Notes: generated from the letters alone by a model not told the origin. DNA of 64,000 nucleotides from Acidimicrobiia bacterium (GCA_035544575.1 DATKEC010000117.1:11865-75864); one strand, 5' to 3'. Positions 39,117-48,620 are shown, counted from the first letter of the stretch. Numbers and translations: made by a program.

Positions 39117-39860
39117 GTGGGCACACTCGACGATCGCAGGATCCTGGTCATTGGCGGCTCGGCTGGAATGGGTTATGCCATCGCCGAAGCGGCGATCGAT
39201 GAGGGAGCGATTGTCGCAATCGCCGCCCGGAACCCTGACCGTCTCGAGGAGGCTGCTCGGCGACTCGAAGAACGGGGCGATCGACCCGTTCGGCGTGCGT
39301 CGCTCCGAGTCGAGGATCGCGACGCCGTCATGAGATTGATGGAGTCGTTCGCACCATTCGATCACCTCGCGCTGCCGGGTTCGACGGTTGAACCGCGTAC
39401 GTACGACTCGATTGACGACGAGACGGCACGGGCATCCTTCGACAGCAAGTTCTGGGGGCCGTTCTGGACCGTATACGACGCCCGAGTCTTGATGCGGCGC
39501 GGGGGCAGCATCGTGCTCTTCTCTGGTGTCGCCGCCCGCCGGCCGGTGCCCGGCTACGTGATCGGAGCCTGCATCAACGGAGCGCTCGAGGCCGCCACCC
39601 GTTCGCTCGCGCTCGAGCTCGGCAGCCACGGCCTACGGATCAACACGATCGCTCCCGGATTCGTCATGACGCCGCTCTTCGACACGCTCCACGAGGCCGA
39701 AGACGTCGCCCGGCGGGTGGCCGAGGCCGAGTCCAGACTTCCCGTGGGCCGGGTGGGCCGACCCGACGAGGCGGCGTCGGCTGCGCTGTTGTTCATGACG
39801 AATGGGTTCCTCACCGGCCAGGTGCTGGTGCTCGACGGCGGCCTACTGGCGACGAGTTGA
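39117..39860 (+). CDS. SDR-family oxidoreductase. GTG start.
   Basis: GGGAGGA RBS 5 nt before GTG 39117. IGGSAGMG motif. Confidence 0.8.
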   Translation: MGTLDDRRILVIGGSAGMGYAIAEAAIDEGAIVAIAARNPDRLEEAARRLEERGDRPVRRASLRVEDRDAVMRLMESFAPFDHLALPGSTVEPRTYDSIDDETARASFDSKFWGPFWTVYDARVLMRRGGSIVLFSGVAARRPVPGYVIGACINGALEAATRSLALELGSHGLRINTIAPGFVMTPLFDTLHEAEDVARRVAEAESRLPVGRVGRPDEAASAALLFMTNGFLTGQVLVLDGGLLATS

Positions 39861-39871
39861 CGAACCCGGGC

Positions 39872-40600
39872 ATGCCGCTCGAAGGCACGGTGGCAATCGT
39901 GACCGGTGCGGGCTCCGGCATCGGGCGGGCGGTGGCACGCAACTTGGCAGACGCCGGCGCCGCAGTCGCCCTTGCGGCGCGGTCACTGGATCGGCTGGAG
40001 ACCGCCGCGGAAGACATCCGCACCCGCGGGGGCCAGGCGATTGCTGTTCGATGCGACGTCACCTCCGAGTCCCAGGTGCTGGCCATGTTCGACGAAGTCG
40101 AGGCAGAAATGGGACCGGTCGATGTTCTCGTGAACAACGCTGCCACGCTCTCGTCGGCCGCCATCGAAGACACCACGCTGGCGGATTGGCAGCACGTGCT
40201 CGACGTCAACCTGACCGGGGCATTTCTGTGCATGCGGGAGGCGATTCGTCGGATGAAGCCGCGCAGCCGGGGTCGGATTCTCAACATCGGCAGCATCTCG
40301 GCCTCAGTGCCGCGCCCGATGACTGCTTCGTACGCGGCATCGAAGGCGGGTCTGGTCGGGCTCAGCCGGACGGCCGCGATCGAGGCGCGACGCCACGGAA
40401 TCGCGGTCGGGTGCCTGCATCCTGGCAATGTTCGGACGGAGACACGACAAGATATGAGCGATCCGATCAACCGGGAGAACATGATGTCGGTCGACGAGGT
40501 GGCTGAACTCGCCAGAGCCATGCTGTTGGTATCTCAGACCACGGTCGTGTGGGAACTGACGGCGCTGCCGATCGAGCAGGCGTTCCTCGGCCGTGGATGA
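39872..40600 (+). CDS. SDR-family oxidoreductase. A TTG start at 39857 is also possible.
   Basis: MPLEGTVAIVTGAGSGIGRAVA motif. Confidence 0.85.
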   Translation: MPLEGTVAIVTGAGSGIGRAVARNLADAGAAVALAARSLDRLETAAEDIRTRGGQAIAVRCDVTSESQVLAMFDEVEAEMGPVDVLVNNAATLSSAAIEDTTLADWQHVLDVNLTGAFLCMREAIRRMKPRSRGRILNIGSISASVPRPMTASYAASKAGLVGLSRTAAIEARRHGIAVGCLHPGNVRTETRQDMSDPINRENMMSVDEVAELARAMLLVSQTTVVWELTALPIEQAFLGRG

Positions 40601-40638
40601 GTACCGTTTCCAAGGAGTCGAGAGGAGACCCCGACCTG

Positions 40639-41538
40639 ATGGACGAATCGACCGCCTACTTCAACGGTGAGTGGGTACCGCTCTCGCAGGTACGAATCGA
40701 TCCTGCCGATCGGGGGTTCGTCACCGGTGATGCCGTCTTCGATGCAGCTCGCACGTTCGGCGGCGTCGAGTTCCTGCTCGAAGAACACGTCGATCGGCTG
40801 TATCGGTCCCTACACGTCGCCCGGATCGATCCCGGTCTCCCACGCGCTCACATGCTGGGGATCTCACGTGAGGTGATCGACAGGAACCAGCAGCTCATCC
40901 CCGATGTCGGCGATTTCCAGGTCTGGCAGGGTGTGACCCGCGGACCCGGACGATGGGCACATGAGGCCGGTCCACCCACCGTGTACGTGAAGGTGTCGGG
41001 GATCGACTTCGCCAAGTACGCCCACCTGTACGCCACCGGCGCACACGCCATCGTCACCCGGGCATCGTCGCTGCCCTACGGCGCAGCAGATCCCAAGTTG
41101 AAGACACACAGTCGTATGCACTTCAACCTCGCCGAACTCGAGGCCGCGCGATCGGATCGGGCTGGCTGGCCGGTTCTGTGCGACGCCATGGGGAACCTGG
41201 GCGAAGGCAGCGGCTACAACCTCTTCGTCGTGCGAGACGGAGGCGTCTCGACTCCGCCGGCGGGCTCAGTATTGGCAGGGATTTCCCGCGCCTACACGCT
41301 TGAACTCGCTGCCTCGTTGGGAATCAGTACGACCGAAACACTCCTACAGCCGTTCGACCTCTACACCGCCGACGAGGCCTTCTTCACCGGCACGAGCCCG
41401 TGCATCCTGCCTGTCACCCGGGCGGACGGTCTCACCATCGGAAGCGGCCAGCCAGGACCCATCACGTCGATGCTGTTGCACGCGTGGGGAGACAGGGTCG
41501 GCCTCGACATCGCGGCTCAAGCGATCAAGTACGCCTGA
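40639..41538 (+). CDS. Class IV PLP aminotransferase (branched-chain or D-amino-acid aminotransferase family). An alternative start at 40597 forms an ATGA overlap.
   Basis: GAGGAG RBS before 40639. N-terminus MDESTAYFNGEWVPLSQVRIDPADRGFVTGD is typical of fold type IV. Confidence 0.75.
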   Translation: MDESTAYFNGEWVPLSQVRIDPADRGFVTGDAVFDAARTFGGVEFLLEEHVDRLYRSLHVARIDPGLPRAHMLGISREVIDRNQQLIPDVGDFQVWQGVTRGPGRWAHEAGPPTVYVKVSGIDFAKYAHLYATGAHAIVTRASSLPYGAADPKLKTHSRMHFNLAELEAARSDRAGWPVLCDAMGNLGEGSGYNLFVVRDGGVSTPPAGSVLAGISRAYTLELAASLGISTTETLLQPFDLYTADEAFFTGTSPCILPVTRADGLTIGSGQPGPITSMLLHAWGDRVGLDIAAQAIKYA

Positions 41539-41544
41539 GGGCTC

Positions 41545-42810
41545 TCAGCCGAACCGGGCCGCCCGAAACGGCGTCAGGTCGACCCGGGGCGTGCGACGAG
41601 CGAGAAGATCCGCCACCAGGTCCCCGGTGAGCGGGCCCAGCGTGAACCCAATATGGCTGTGCCCATACGCGTGACAGACGTTCCCGAAGTGCGGGTCCCA
41701 TCCGATGGTCGGCAACGAATCGGGCAGGATGGGCCGGTCACCCGCCCACTGCTTGTGTTCGCCCACGACGAGGTCCGGCAGCGCCCGACGGGCGACTGTG
41801 ACCAACGCGTCGGCCCGACGGAAATCTGGCAGAGAATCGACGCCACCGAATTCCGCCGTTCCCGAGAGCCGGACGCCACCACGAAGCGGCGTGACGACGA
41901 CCTTGTACGGTGCGAGCGAGAGAATGCGACGCAACCTGACGCCCGGATCGGGAATGTCGACGTGATATCCGCGCTCGCTCTCGAGGGGCAGGGTGTGACC
42001 CAGGTGAGCCGCCACTCGATGCGACCAGGCTCCTGCTGCGATGACCACCGCGCTCGAAGGCAACACCCCTTGCGTCGTCCGGACGCCTCGCACTGTCGAC
42101 GACTCCTCATCGAATCCGACCACTTCGGTTCGCACGATGAGACCGCCCCCGGACACGAAGGAGGCAGCCATCGAGTCGACCACTGCCATTGGATCCTCGC
42201 ACCACTTGGCCTGACGCTCGAGAACGCCCACGGTGAAATCTGCCGAGAGTGCAGGCTCGTGAGTCCGAAGGGCATCTTCGTCTACCGTCTCGACCTGGAA
42301 ACCCCGTACCCGGCGCATGTCCCACACGAGCCGATCGTGGTCGAGCTGTCGCCTTCCGTGATACACGGTGAGTGAGCCCTCGTGCTTGACCAGCCGAGCG
42401 CTTTCCCCGCCCAGCCTCGCCAACAGGGACTCCCACGATGGCCATGCCTGACTCATGAGAGAAGCGAGAGCGTCACCCAAGCGGCGTACCTCGGTGGGAG
42501 AACTGTGGCGACGGAGCTCGAGGAACCACGGCAACAGCCGTGGCAGATACGGCCAGCGCACAGCCACCGGACCCAACGGATCGAGCAACCAGCGCGGCAG
42601 ACGCCGCACCAGGTCAGGCAATCCCTGTGGACTCACCCAGGTCACTGCGATTCCCCCCGCATGCCCGAACGACGCCCCATGTCCAGGCTGTCCCCTGTCG
42701 ACCAGAAGAACGGAAAGTCCCTCCCGCTGAATTGCGAGCGCCGAACTCAACCCCACGATCCCGGCGCCGATGACAACCACGGGATCGGGCCCGGGAAAGT
42801 CAGCCATCAC
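41545..42810 (-). CDS. FAD-dependent oxidoreductase of the DAO family (D-amino-acid or glycine/sarcosine oxidase-like).
   Basis: N-terminal dinucleotide motif VVVIGAGIVGLSSAL and 421 aa length. Confidence 0.75.
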   Translation of the reverse strand: MMADFPGPDPVVVIGAGIVGLSSALAIQREGLSVLLVDRGQPGHGASFGHAGGIAVTWVSPQGLPDLVRRLPRWLLDPLGPVAVRWPYLPRLLPWFLELRRHSSPTEVRRLGDALASLMSQAWPSWESLLARLGGESARLVKHEGSLTVYHGRRQLDHDRLVWDMRRVRGFQVETVDEDALRTHEPALSADFTVGVLERQAKWCEDPMAVVDSMAASFVSGGGLIVRTEVVGFDEESSTVRGVRTTQGVLPSSAVVIAAGAWSHRVAAHLGHTLPLESERGYHVDIPDPGVRLRRILSLAPYKVVVTPLRGGVRLSGTAEFGGVDSLPDFRRADALVTVARRALPDLVVGEHKQWAGDRPILPDSLPTIGWDPHFGNVCHAYGHSHIGFTLGPLTGDLVADLLARRTPRVDLTPFRAARFG

Positions 42811-42905
42811 GTAAGTCGTTTGTGTCCTCCGCGATCAGTGCCACCACACCTCCTTCGTTTACAAACTGGGCATCGCCGGCCCGGACGCCTACCCGACCCT
42901 CGGGC

Positions 42906-42917
42906 TGGAAACGTTAC
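42906..42917. promoter_or_regulatory. Candidate operator box ggaaacgttact in the divergent region between the DAO gene and enolase-2.
   Basis: Same GGAAACGTT core as the other boxes. Confidence 0.3.
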
Positions 42918-42959
42918 TATCCTCGGTTCAGAACGAGCTTTCCGGTCAGGAGTCCGAGC

Positions 42960-44093
42960 ATGAGCGCAGTGGCGAGCGTCACACCGATTTCCGTCGCATA
43001 TCCCGAGAGCAACGATGCAGGGTTCACGCGATATCTCACGTTGTGTCGAATCGAATCCACGGACGGCGTCGTTGGTTGGGGCGAGTGCATCCCGATGTCG
43101 GGTTCGGGCTTTCCTGAGGCATGCCGCGCCACCGAGGTTCTCATCCAGGGCCTCGCCGACCTCATCATCGGCAGCGATCCCGTCGCCAACCTCGCAACGG
43201 TGGACAAGATCAAGAAACGCACATGGTGGTACGGGCCGGAGGGCATCGCCGCGTTCGCTCTCAGCGCAATCGACATGGCACTCTGGGATCTGAAGGGGAA
43301 GGTGCTCGGCCGCCCTCTCGTCGACCTCCTCGGGGGCGCGGTCCGCAAGGACTTTCCCGCTATTGCAGCCACCCACGCCACCCTTTCGGACATCGAAGCC
43401 GAGGCAGCGAGGCACGGCGACATGATCCGCGCCGGGTTCGCCGGTGTGAAAGTCGGCTTCAGCGAGCGCAGCGGCGGTCTCGGATTCAACGTCGAACGCG
43501 ACATCAACTTCATGCGGCTGCTGAGAGAAGCGTGCGGTCCCGACGCGCAGCTGATGATCGATCGGGGCCAGTCACTTCGCTGGGACGTCTCGTCGGCCAT
43601 CCGGCGCATCAGGGGCTTCGAGGAGTACGGCCTCCTTTGGATCGAGGAGCCCTTGGAGCCGTCTGACATCGAGGGCTTTCGTCGCATCAGACAGACCACG
43701 ACCACGCTCATCGCCACCGGGGAACGGGAGTGGCACATGCGGGGGTACCACCGGTTGCTCGGGGAAGGCGTCGTCGATGTCGTCGGATGCGACCCAGGTC
43801 GGAGTGAGGGCGTCACCGGGTTCCAACAGCTCGTCAAGTTGGTCGAACAGCACAATCTCTGGTTCAACGCGCACTCGTGGAGTAGCGCCATCAACACCGC
43901 GGCGAGTCTCGCCGTCTCAGCGACGTCTCATCGTGCCCTCACCTTCGAGCTGAAGCCGGAGGAGAACCCCATGCAGCACGAGTTGGTGGACACACCCTTC
44001 GAGGCACGCGACGGGGTCGTCCACGCCACCCTCACGAAGCCGGGCCTCGGCATCGAAGTCAACGAGGCCGTGGTCCGGAAGTACGAGTTGTGA
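42960..44093 (+). CDS. Enolase superfamily (MR/MLE family) protein, paralog 2. Real start at 42960.
   Basis: MSAVASVTPISVAYPESNDAGFTRYLTLCRIESTDGVVGWGE closely parallels the N-terminus of the gene at 3285. The ORF-track upstream extension is not protein-like. Confidence 0.8.
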   Translation: MSAVASVTPISVAYPESNDAGFTRYLTLCRIESTDGVVGWGECIPMSGSGFPEACRATEVLIQGLADLIIGSDPVANLATVDKIKKRTWWYGPEGIAAFALSAIDMALWDLKGKVLGRPLVDLLGGAVRKDFPAIAATHATLSDIEAEAARHGDMIRAGFAGVKVGFSERSGGLGFNVERDINFMRLLREACGPDAQLMIDRGQSLRWDVSSAIRRIRGFEEYGLLWIEEPLEPSDIEGFRRIRQTTTTLIATGEREWHMRGYHRLLGEGVVDVVGCDPGRSEGVTGFQQLVKLVEQHNLWFNAHSWSSAINTAASLAVSATSHRALTFELKPEENPMQHELVDTPFEARDGVVHATLTKPGLGIEVNEAVVRKYEL

Positions 44094-44863
44094 CCACCGG
44101 CTCGGGGATCGCAACGTTCGACCTGACCGGGCGGCGGGCGATCGTCACCGGGGGTGGCGGCGGAATCGGAACCGGGCTCGCTGAAGGCCTCCTGGAAGCG
44201 GGAGCGTCGGTGGCGATGATTGCCCGGTCGGATGCCGTGGACGACGCGGCGCGACACCTAGGCGGTCAGCCTGCCGGCGTACACGCCGTGCGGGCGGATC
44301 TCTCAGATCGCGACCAACTCGCAGCAGGATTCGGTCGCGCCAGCGAACTTCTGGGAGGCATCGACATCCTGGTCAACTGCCACGGCACGGTGACCGTCTC
44401 ACCTGCCGAGGACATGCCGATCACCGACTGGGATCGAGTGATCGAGGTGAACCTGACCGCCACGTTCGAACTCTGCCGCCTGGCAGGCATCAGGATGCTC
44501 GCTCAGGGCAGCGGAAAGATCGTGAACATCGCCTCGATGTATGCGTTCTTCGGTGGCCTCAAGGTGGTCGCTTACACCGCGTCGAAGGCGGGGGTCGCAC
44601 AGATGACGAAGGCACTTGCCAACGAGTGGGCGGGAAGGGGCGTGAATGTCAATGCCATCGCGCCCGGGTACGTGAAGACCCAGATGAACCGGCACGTGTG
44701 GGGTGACCCGGTGCGCAACTCCGAGATCGTCGGCCGTCTGCCCGCCGGACGGTGGGGCGAGCCCAGCGACCTCAAGGGTCCGGTCGTCTTCCTGTCGTCG
44801 GCTGCGTCGGACTACCTCCATGGCGTGGTACTTCCCGTCGATGGCGGGTACCTGGGACGGTGA
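44090..44863 (+). CDS. SDR-family oxidoreductase (KduD/gluconate-dehydrogenase-like).
   Basis: GTG start overlapping the upstream stop. IVTGGGGGIG motif. Confidence 0.8.
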   Translation: MTTGSGIATFDLTGRRAIVTGGGGGIGTGLAEGLLEAGASVAMIARSDAVDDAARHLGGQPAGVHAVRADLSDRDQLAAGFGRASELLGGIDILVNCHGTVTVSPAEDMPITDWDRVIEVNLTATFELCRLAGIRMLAQGSGKIVNIASMYAFFGGLKVVAYTASKAGVAQMTKALANEWAGRGVNVNAIAPGYVKTQMNRHVWGDPVRNSEIVGRLPAGRWGEPSDLKGPVVFLSSAASDYLHGVVLPVDGGYLGR

Positions 44864-45741
44864 CGGCGCCCCGCCCGCTCATCGGTATCGACAGCTTCGC
44901 CTACCACCGCTGGTTCGGCGAGCACTCGGAGTGGGAGGATCCCCGTCCCGAGCGATGGGACGTCTTCGACTTCCTGCGGCGCGCCAACGAACACGGCGCA
45001 GACGGCGTGAGTGTGCAGACGGTGTATCTCACACCGGCGCTAGTCGACGCTGTGGCCGCCGACGCCTCGGCGAGACGCCTCGACCTCGTGCTGGCGTGGG
45101 GTCACCGAACTGGATTGGAGGGAGGCAAGAACCCCACCCGACTCGTCGAGGCGCTGCAGTGGCTCGAGTTGGCGGCCGCCACCGGATGTCGACTATTGCG
45201 AGTCGTCTGCGGCGACCAGACGTGGTGGCCTGAGCCTGTCGACGAGAGACTCGATCGGCTCGTCCCGCAAGTAGCCGCTATCGCTACCCGTGCCGCCAGC
45301 CTGGGCGTTGACATCGCCATCGAGAACCATGCCGACCTCACCATCGCCGATTTGATCGAATTGATAGAGCGGGTGGGGTGCGACAACGTCGGCATCTGCT
45401 ACGACCTGGGTAACGCCGTGAGGGTCGGCGACGACGTCGTCGAGGCGGCCCGACGAGCGGCGGCGCTTGTTCGAATGGTTCATGTCAAGGACGTCCGCGT
45501 ACAACCCGACTCGATCGGGGACCCGGCTGCGTGGTGGCCGACCACTCCGTTGGGCCACGGTGATCTGCCGGTCGCGGAGGCACTCCGGGCGACATTGGCG
45601 TCCCCCCATCGACCGCGTTGGTACGTGGAGATGGCGGCCATGCACCCCGACCACCCGGACGAGGATATGGCCGTCGAAGGGAGTCTCGGTGTCCTACGTT
45701 CCCTCCCAGAAGCCCAGAGACACTCTGACCTCAGTCGGTGA
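44860..45741 (+). CDS. Sugar-phosphate isomerase/epimerase (xylose-isomerase-like TIM barrel) family protein.
   Basis: GTGA-overlap start at 44860. Motifs IAIENH and VHVKD are typical of the family. Confidence 0.65.
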   Translation: MTAPRPLIGIDSFAYHRWFGEHSEWEDPRPERWDVFDFLRRANEHGADGVSVQTVYLTPALVDAVAADASARRLDLVLAWGHRTGLEGGKNPTRLVEALQWLELAAATGCRLLRVVCGDQTWWPEPVDERLDRLVPQVAAIATRAASLGVDIAIENHADLTIADLIELIERVGCDNVGICYDLGNAVRVGDDVVEAARRAAALVRMVHVKDVRVQPDSIGDPAAWWPTTPLGHGDLPVAEALRATLASPHRPRWYVEMAAMHPDHPDEDMAVEGSLGVLRSLPEAQRHSDLSR

Positions 45742-46780
45742 GACCTTCGATCGTCAGGAGCCTGGCGGGATTCCCCACCATCAGCTGCTCGCACTCGGCG
45801 TCGCCCCACCCGTTGTCCCGGAACAGCGGGATCACGTGACGCAAAGTGTGGGCATAACCCCAACCACCGTATGCGAGGAGGCGGGTCTTCACACCGCCCA
45901 TGTCCTGGGAGACGAACAACTGTGACAGGTGGCCGCGGCCGGCGAGACGGATCAACCCGAGCACGATGTCGAGATCGCTGGGCGGATATCGTCCGAGGCC
46001 GATCAGGGAGTGGTCGAAACCCATCAGGTCGTATCCGAGGTTGGCGCCGCGCTCGAGCAAGCCCAACTGGTAGTCCTCATTGCCGATGGCTGTGTTCATG
46101 TGCCCGAGGATCACGCGCTCGGACGACACGCCCTCGGACTCCAGCACGTCGAGCACCTTGGCCCCTTCAAAACCCCACGGGTGCAGGTGAACACTGATCG
46201 GAAGATCGGTCTCGAGGTGAGCCAGGGCGACCGCGCGCATCACGCGCTCCTCCTCGGAGTGGAACGGATCTCCTGTGCCCACTTCACCGATGATCCCCGG
46301 TCGGACCGCGGTGTCTCCGACGCCGTGCCGGAACTCGGTGATGAGTTCCTCCGCGATGCTTTCCACCGATCGCTCACTCGTGCCCGCGGGGTGTGCTGAT
46401 GCGAGGTAGTACCCGCCGCCCATCACCACATTGACGCCGGCCCGGTTCGAGATCGATTGGAGAATCTCCGGTGATCGCGACATGTGACTGGGTGTGACCT
46501 CGACGATGGTGCGCCCACCTGCCTCTACGAAAGGCCCGAGTTCGTCGATCACCTGCTGGACATCGGTCTGGTGGTAGTTGTCGGGAAAGCCACCCGGATT
46601 CCAACGAGCTTCGGCGGCCGTCTCGATCGTGAGCGGGGCATCGGAGACCACCGGGTAACCGTGAAGGTCGAGGATCGGTCGGCAGTCCACGTAGAGGTGC
46701 TCATGAACGTGCGTCGGGCCCAACTCCTTCACCGGGAGCGGACCGTTCACAGTCAGCGCCCGCCCATCTCCCACGTCCAT
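45731..46780 (-). CDS. Phosphotriesterase-family (PTE-homology) hydrolase, paralog 2. Real start at 46780.
   Basis: MDVGDGRALTVNGPLPVKELGPTHVHEHLYVDC. GAGGAGGA RBS. The 234-aa ORF-track N-terminal extension is antisense to the MaoC gene and is junk. Confidence 0.8.
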   Translation of the reverse strand: MDVGDGRALTVNGPLPVKELGPTHVHEHLYVDCRPILDLHGYPVVSDAPLTIETAAEARWNPGGFPDNYHQTDVQQVIDELGPFVEAGGRTIVEVTPSHMSRSPEILQSISNRAGVNVVMGGGYYLASAHPAGTSERSVESIAEELITEFRHGVGDTAVRPGIIGEVGTGDPFHSEEERVMRAVALAHLETDLPISVHLHPWGFEGAKVLDVLESEGVSSERVILGHMNTAIGNEDYQLGLLERGANLGYDLMGFDHSLIGLGRYPPSDLDIVLGLIRLAGRGHLSQLFVSQDMGGVKTRLLAYGGWGYAHTLRHVIPLFRDNGWGDAECEQLMVGNPARLLTIEGLTD

Positions 46781-46835
46781 CGTTCGTCGTCCTCCTCGTC
46801 CGTGGAGGGCAGGGTAGCGACCGAAGAACGACCTC

Positions 46836-46849
46836 TGGTAACGTTGCCA
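46836..46849. promoter_or_regulatory. Candidate operator tggtaacgttgcca (14-bp palindrome with 1 mismatch) in the divergent PTE/MaoC region.
   Basis: Read directly from the sequence. Confidence 0.45.
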
Positions 46850-46852
46850 GGG

Positions 46853-47732
46853 ATGACCGGCATCGCCGACGAGGGGATGGATCCACGCCAGCACGAGAGG
46901 TCCGGAACGCGGGCGCTCGACGACTGGACGAAAACCATCGTCGAGGCCCAGGATGTCGTCGCCCCTGATCGAATCGAAAGGCTCGCCCTCGCACTTGGCG
47001 TCGAGCCGCCCGTTCACGAGGAGCCGCTGAGCCCGTTGTGGCACTGGCTGCTGTTCCTGCCAGCCACTGCCCGGACCGAGACCGGTGACGACGGGCATCC
47101 GCGACGCGGTGGGTTCCTCCCGCCACTCCCCCACCGCCGGAGGATGTATGCCGGGGGGCGGCTCGAGTTCCACGCGCCTATCCCCATTGGGGCGAACGTC
47201 ACCCGCCGTGGCGAAATCGTCGACATCACAGAGAAGGCCGGCCGAAGCGGTGACATCGTGCTCGTGTCCGTTCGCTACGAGATCACCTGTGACGGCCGAC
47301 CGGCGATCACAGAACACCAGGAACTGGTCTATACCGACTCTCCGCCGAAACCGGTGGCGGCTGAAGCCGACAAATTGCTCCCCCCGGCCCGATGGGTCGA
47401 CACGGTGGTCACCGACGAGGTCCTGCTCTTCCGCTTTTCCGCACTCACACACAACTCTCACCGGATCCACTACGAACCGCAACTATGCGACCGGGACTGA
47501 GGGTTACCCCGATCTGGTCGTCCACGGTCCACTCACCGCCATCCTGTTGGCCGACCTCGTTCGCCGCAACGACCCCATGACGATCGTGGCATTCAACTTC
47601 TCGTCGCGTGCTCCCCTCTATGTCGGTGAGACGATCCTTCTCCGCGCCGACGGCAACGAAGACAGCGTCACCGCCAGCGCGAATCGGCCGGAAGGCACTG
47701 TGTCGATGGCGGCCGAAATGAGGCTGGCGTGA
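46853..47732 (+). pseudogene. MaoC-like (R)-specific enoyl-CoA hydratase/dehydratase with an apparent +/-1 frameshift near 47474-47486.
   Basis: The N-terminal part (…LSPLWHWLLF…SHRIHYEP) is in frame 2 and ends at 47500. The C-terminal hotdog part (NYATGTEGYPDLVVHGPLTAIL…) is in frame 0. The two parts are contiguous in sequence, consistent with a single-nucleotide indel or sequencing error. Confidence 0.6.
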
Positions 47733-48616
47733 GCGACACGATCGCCTTCGCCGACACGCACATCCATTTCTGGGAGCAACCCCACCCCACCCTGCGCTGG
47801 GATTGGCTGGAGCCGGGGACCACCCATCCGGTGTTCGGCGACATGAGTCCGCTGATCGAATTGAGGACGTACTCGGCCAGAGAGTTCGTCGCGGATATCG
47901 CCGGGTGCGACGTCACGAAGGCGGTCCACGTTCAAGCGGCACTCGGTACTCCCGACCCTGTCGAGGAGAGCCGGTGGCTCGAGGCGATGGCCGAGGACAC
48001 CGGATGGCCCACCGCGATCGTCGCACATGTCTCCCTCCAGGACGCCGACGCAGCAACGACGATCGAGCGTCATCTCCAATACTCGCGAGTGAGAGGCGTG
48101 CGTGATCTCGGCCGAGGCGACTACCTCGTGGACCCCGCATTCGAACACGGGTACGCCATCCTCGAACAGTACGGCCTGGTCTATGACCTCGACGTCAAGT
48201 GGGAAGGCATGGCCGACGCGGCCTCCCTCGCGCGTCGACATCCGGGAACCACGATGGTCGTCGAGCACGCCGGATTTCCCACGACGCGAACCGCCGAGTA
48301 CTTCCATGCATGGCGATCAGCGATGAACGCGTTCGGGCCACTCGAAAACGTGTTCATCAAGATTTCCGGTCTCGGCATGGGCGACCGCGCATTTGGGCGG
48401 GACTGGACGATCGAGACACTGCGGCCGTGGGTCGAGGAGAGCATCGAAATCTTCGGCGTCGAGCGCTCCTTCTTCGGGACGAACTTCCCTGTGGACCGGA
48501 TGTTCTCGACCTATCACGACCTCCTGACCGCGTATCGGGCGCTCGTGGCGGAATTCAGCGAGGACGACCGCCACGCCCTGTTCCATCGCAACGCCGAGCG
48601 CGTGTATCGCATCTGA
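47729..48616 (+). CDS. Amidohydrolase-2 family (PF04909-like) metal-dependent hydrolase.
   Basis: GTGA-overlap start. N-terminus FADTHIHFWE plus TIM-barrel hydrolase pattern. Confidence 0.7.
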   Translation: MSDTIAFADTHIHFWEQPHPTLRWDWLEPGTTHPVFGDMSPLIELRTYSAREFVADIAGCDVTKAVHVQAALGTPDPVEESRWLEAMAEDTGWPTAIVAHVSLQDADAATTIERHLQYSRVRGVRDLGRGDYLVDPAFEHGYAILEQYGLVYDLDVKWEGMADAASLARRHPGTTMVVEHAGFPTTRTAEYFHAWRSAMNAFGPLENVFIKISGLGMGDRAFGRDWTIETLRPWVEESIEIFGVERSFFGTNFPVDRMFSTYHDLLTAYRALVAEFSEDDRHALFHRNAERVYRI

Positions 48617-48620
48617 TCGA

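Noticed and set aside
42917-43897. 326-aa minus-strand ORF
   Set aside because: It is antisense to enolase-superfamily paralog 2, which has a clear paralogous match to the gene at 3285.
46484-46852. N-terminal 123 aa of the ORF 46484..47500
   Set aside because: This part overlaps the PTE-family gene on the opposite strand and is not protein-like. The MaoC-like gene most likely starts at ATG 46853 or 46876, after the regulon box.
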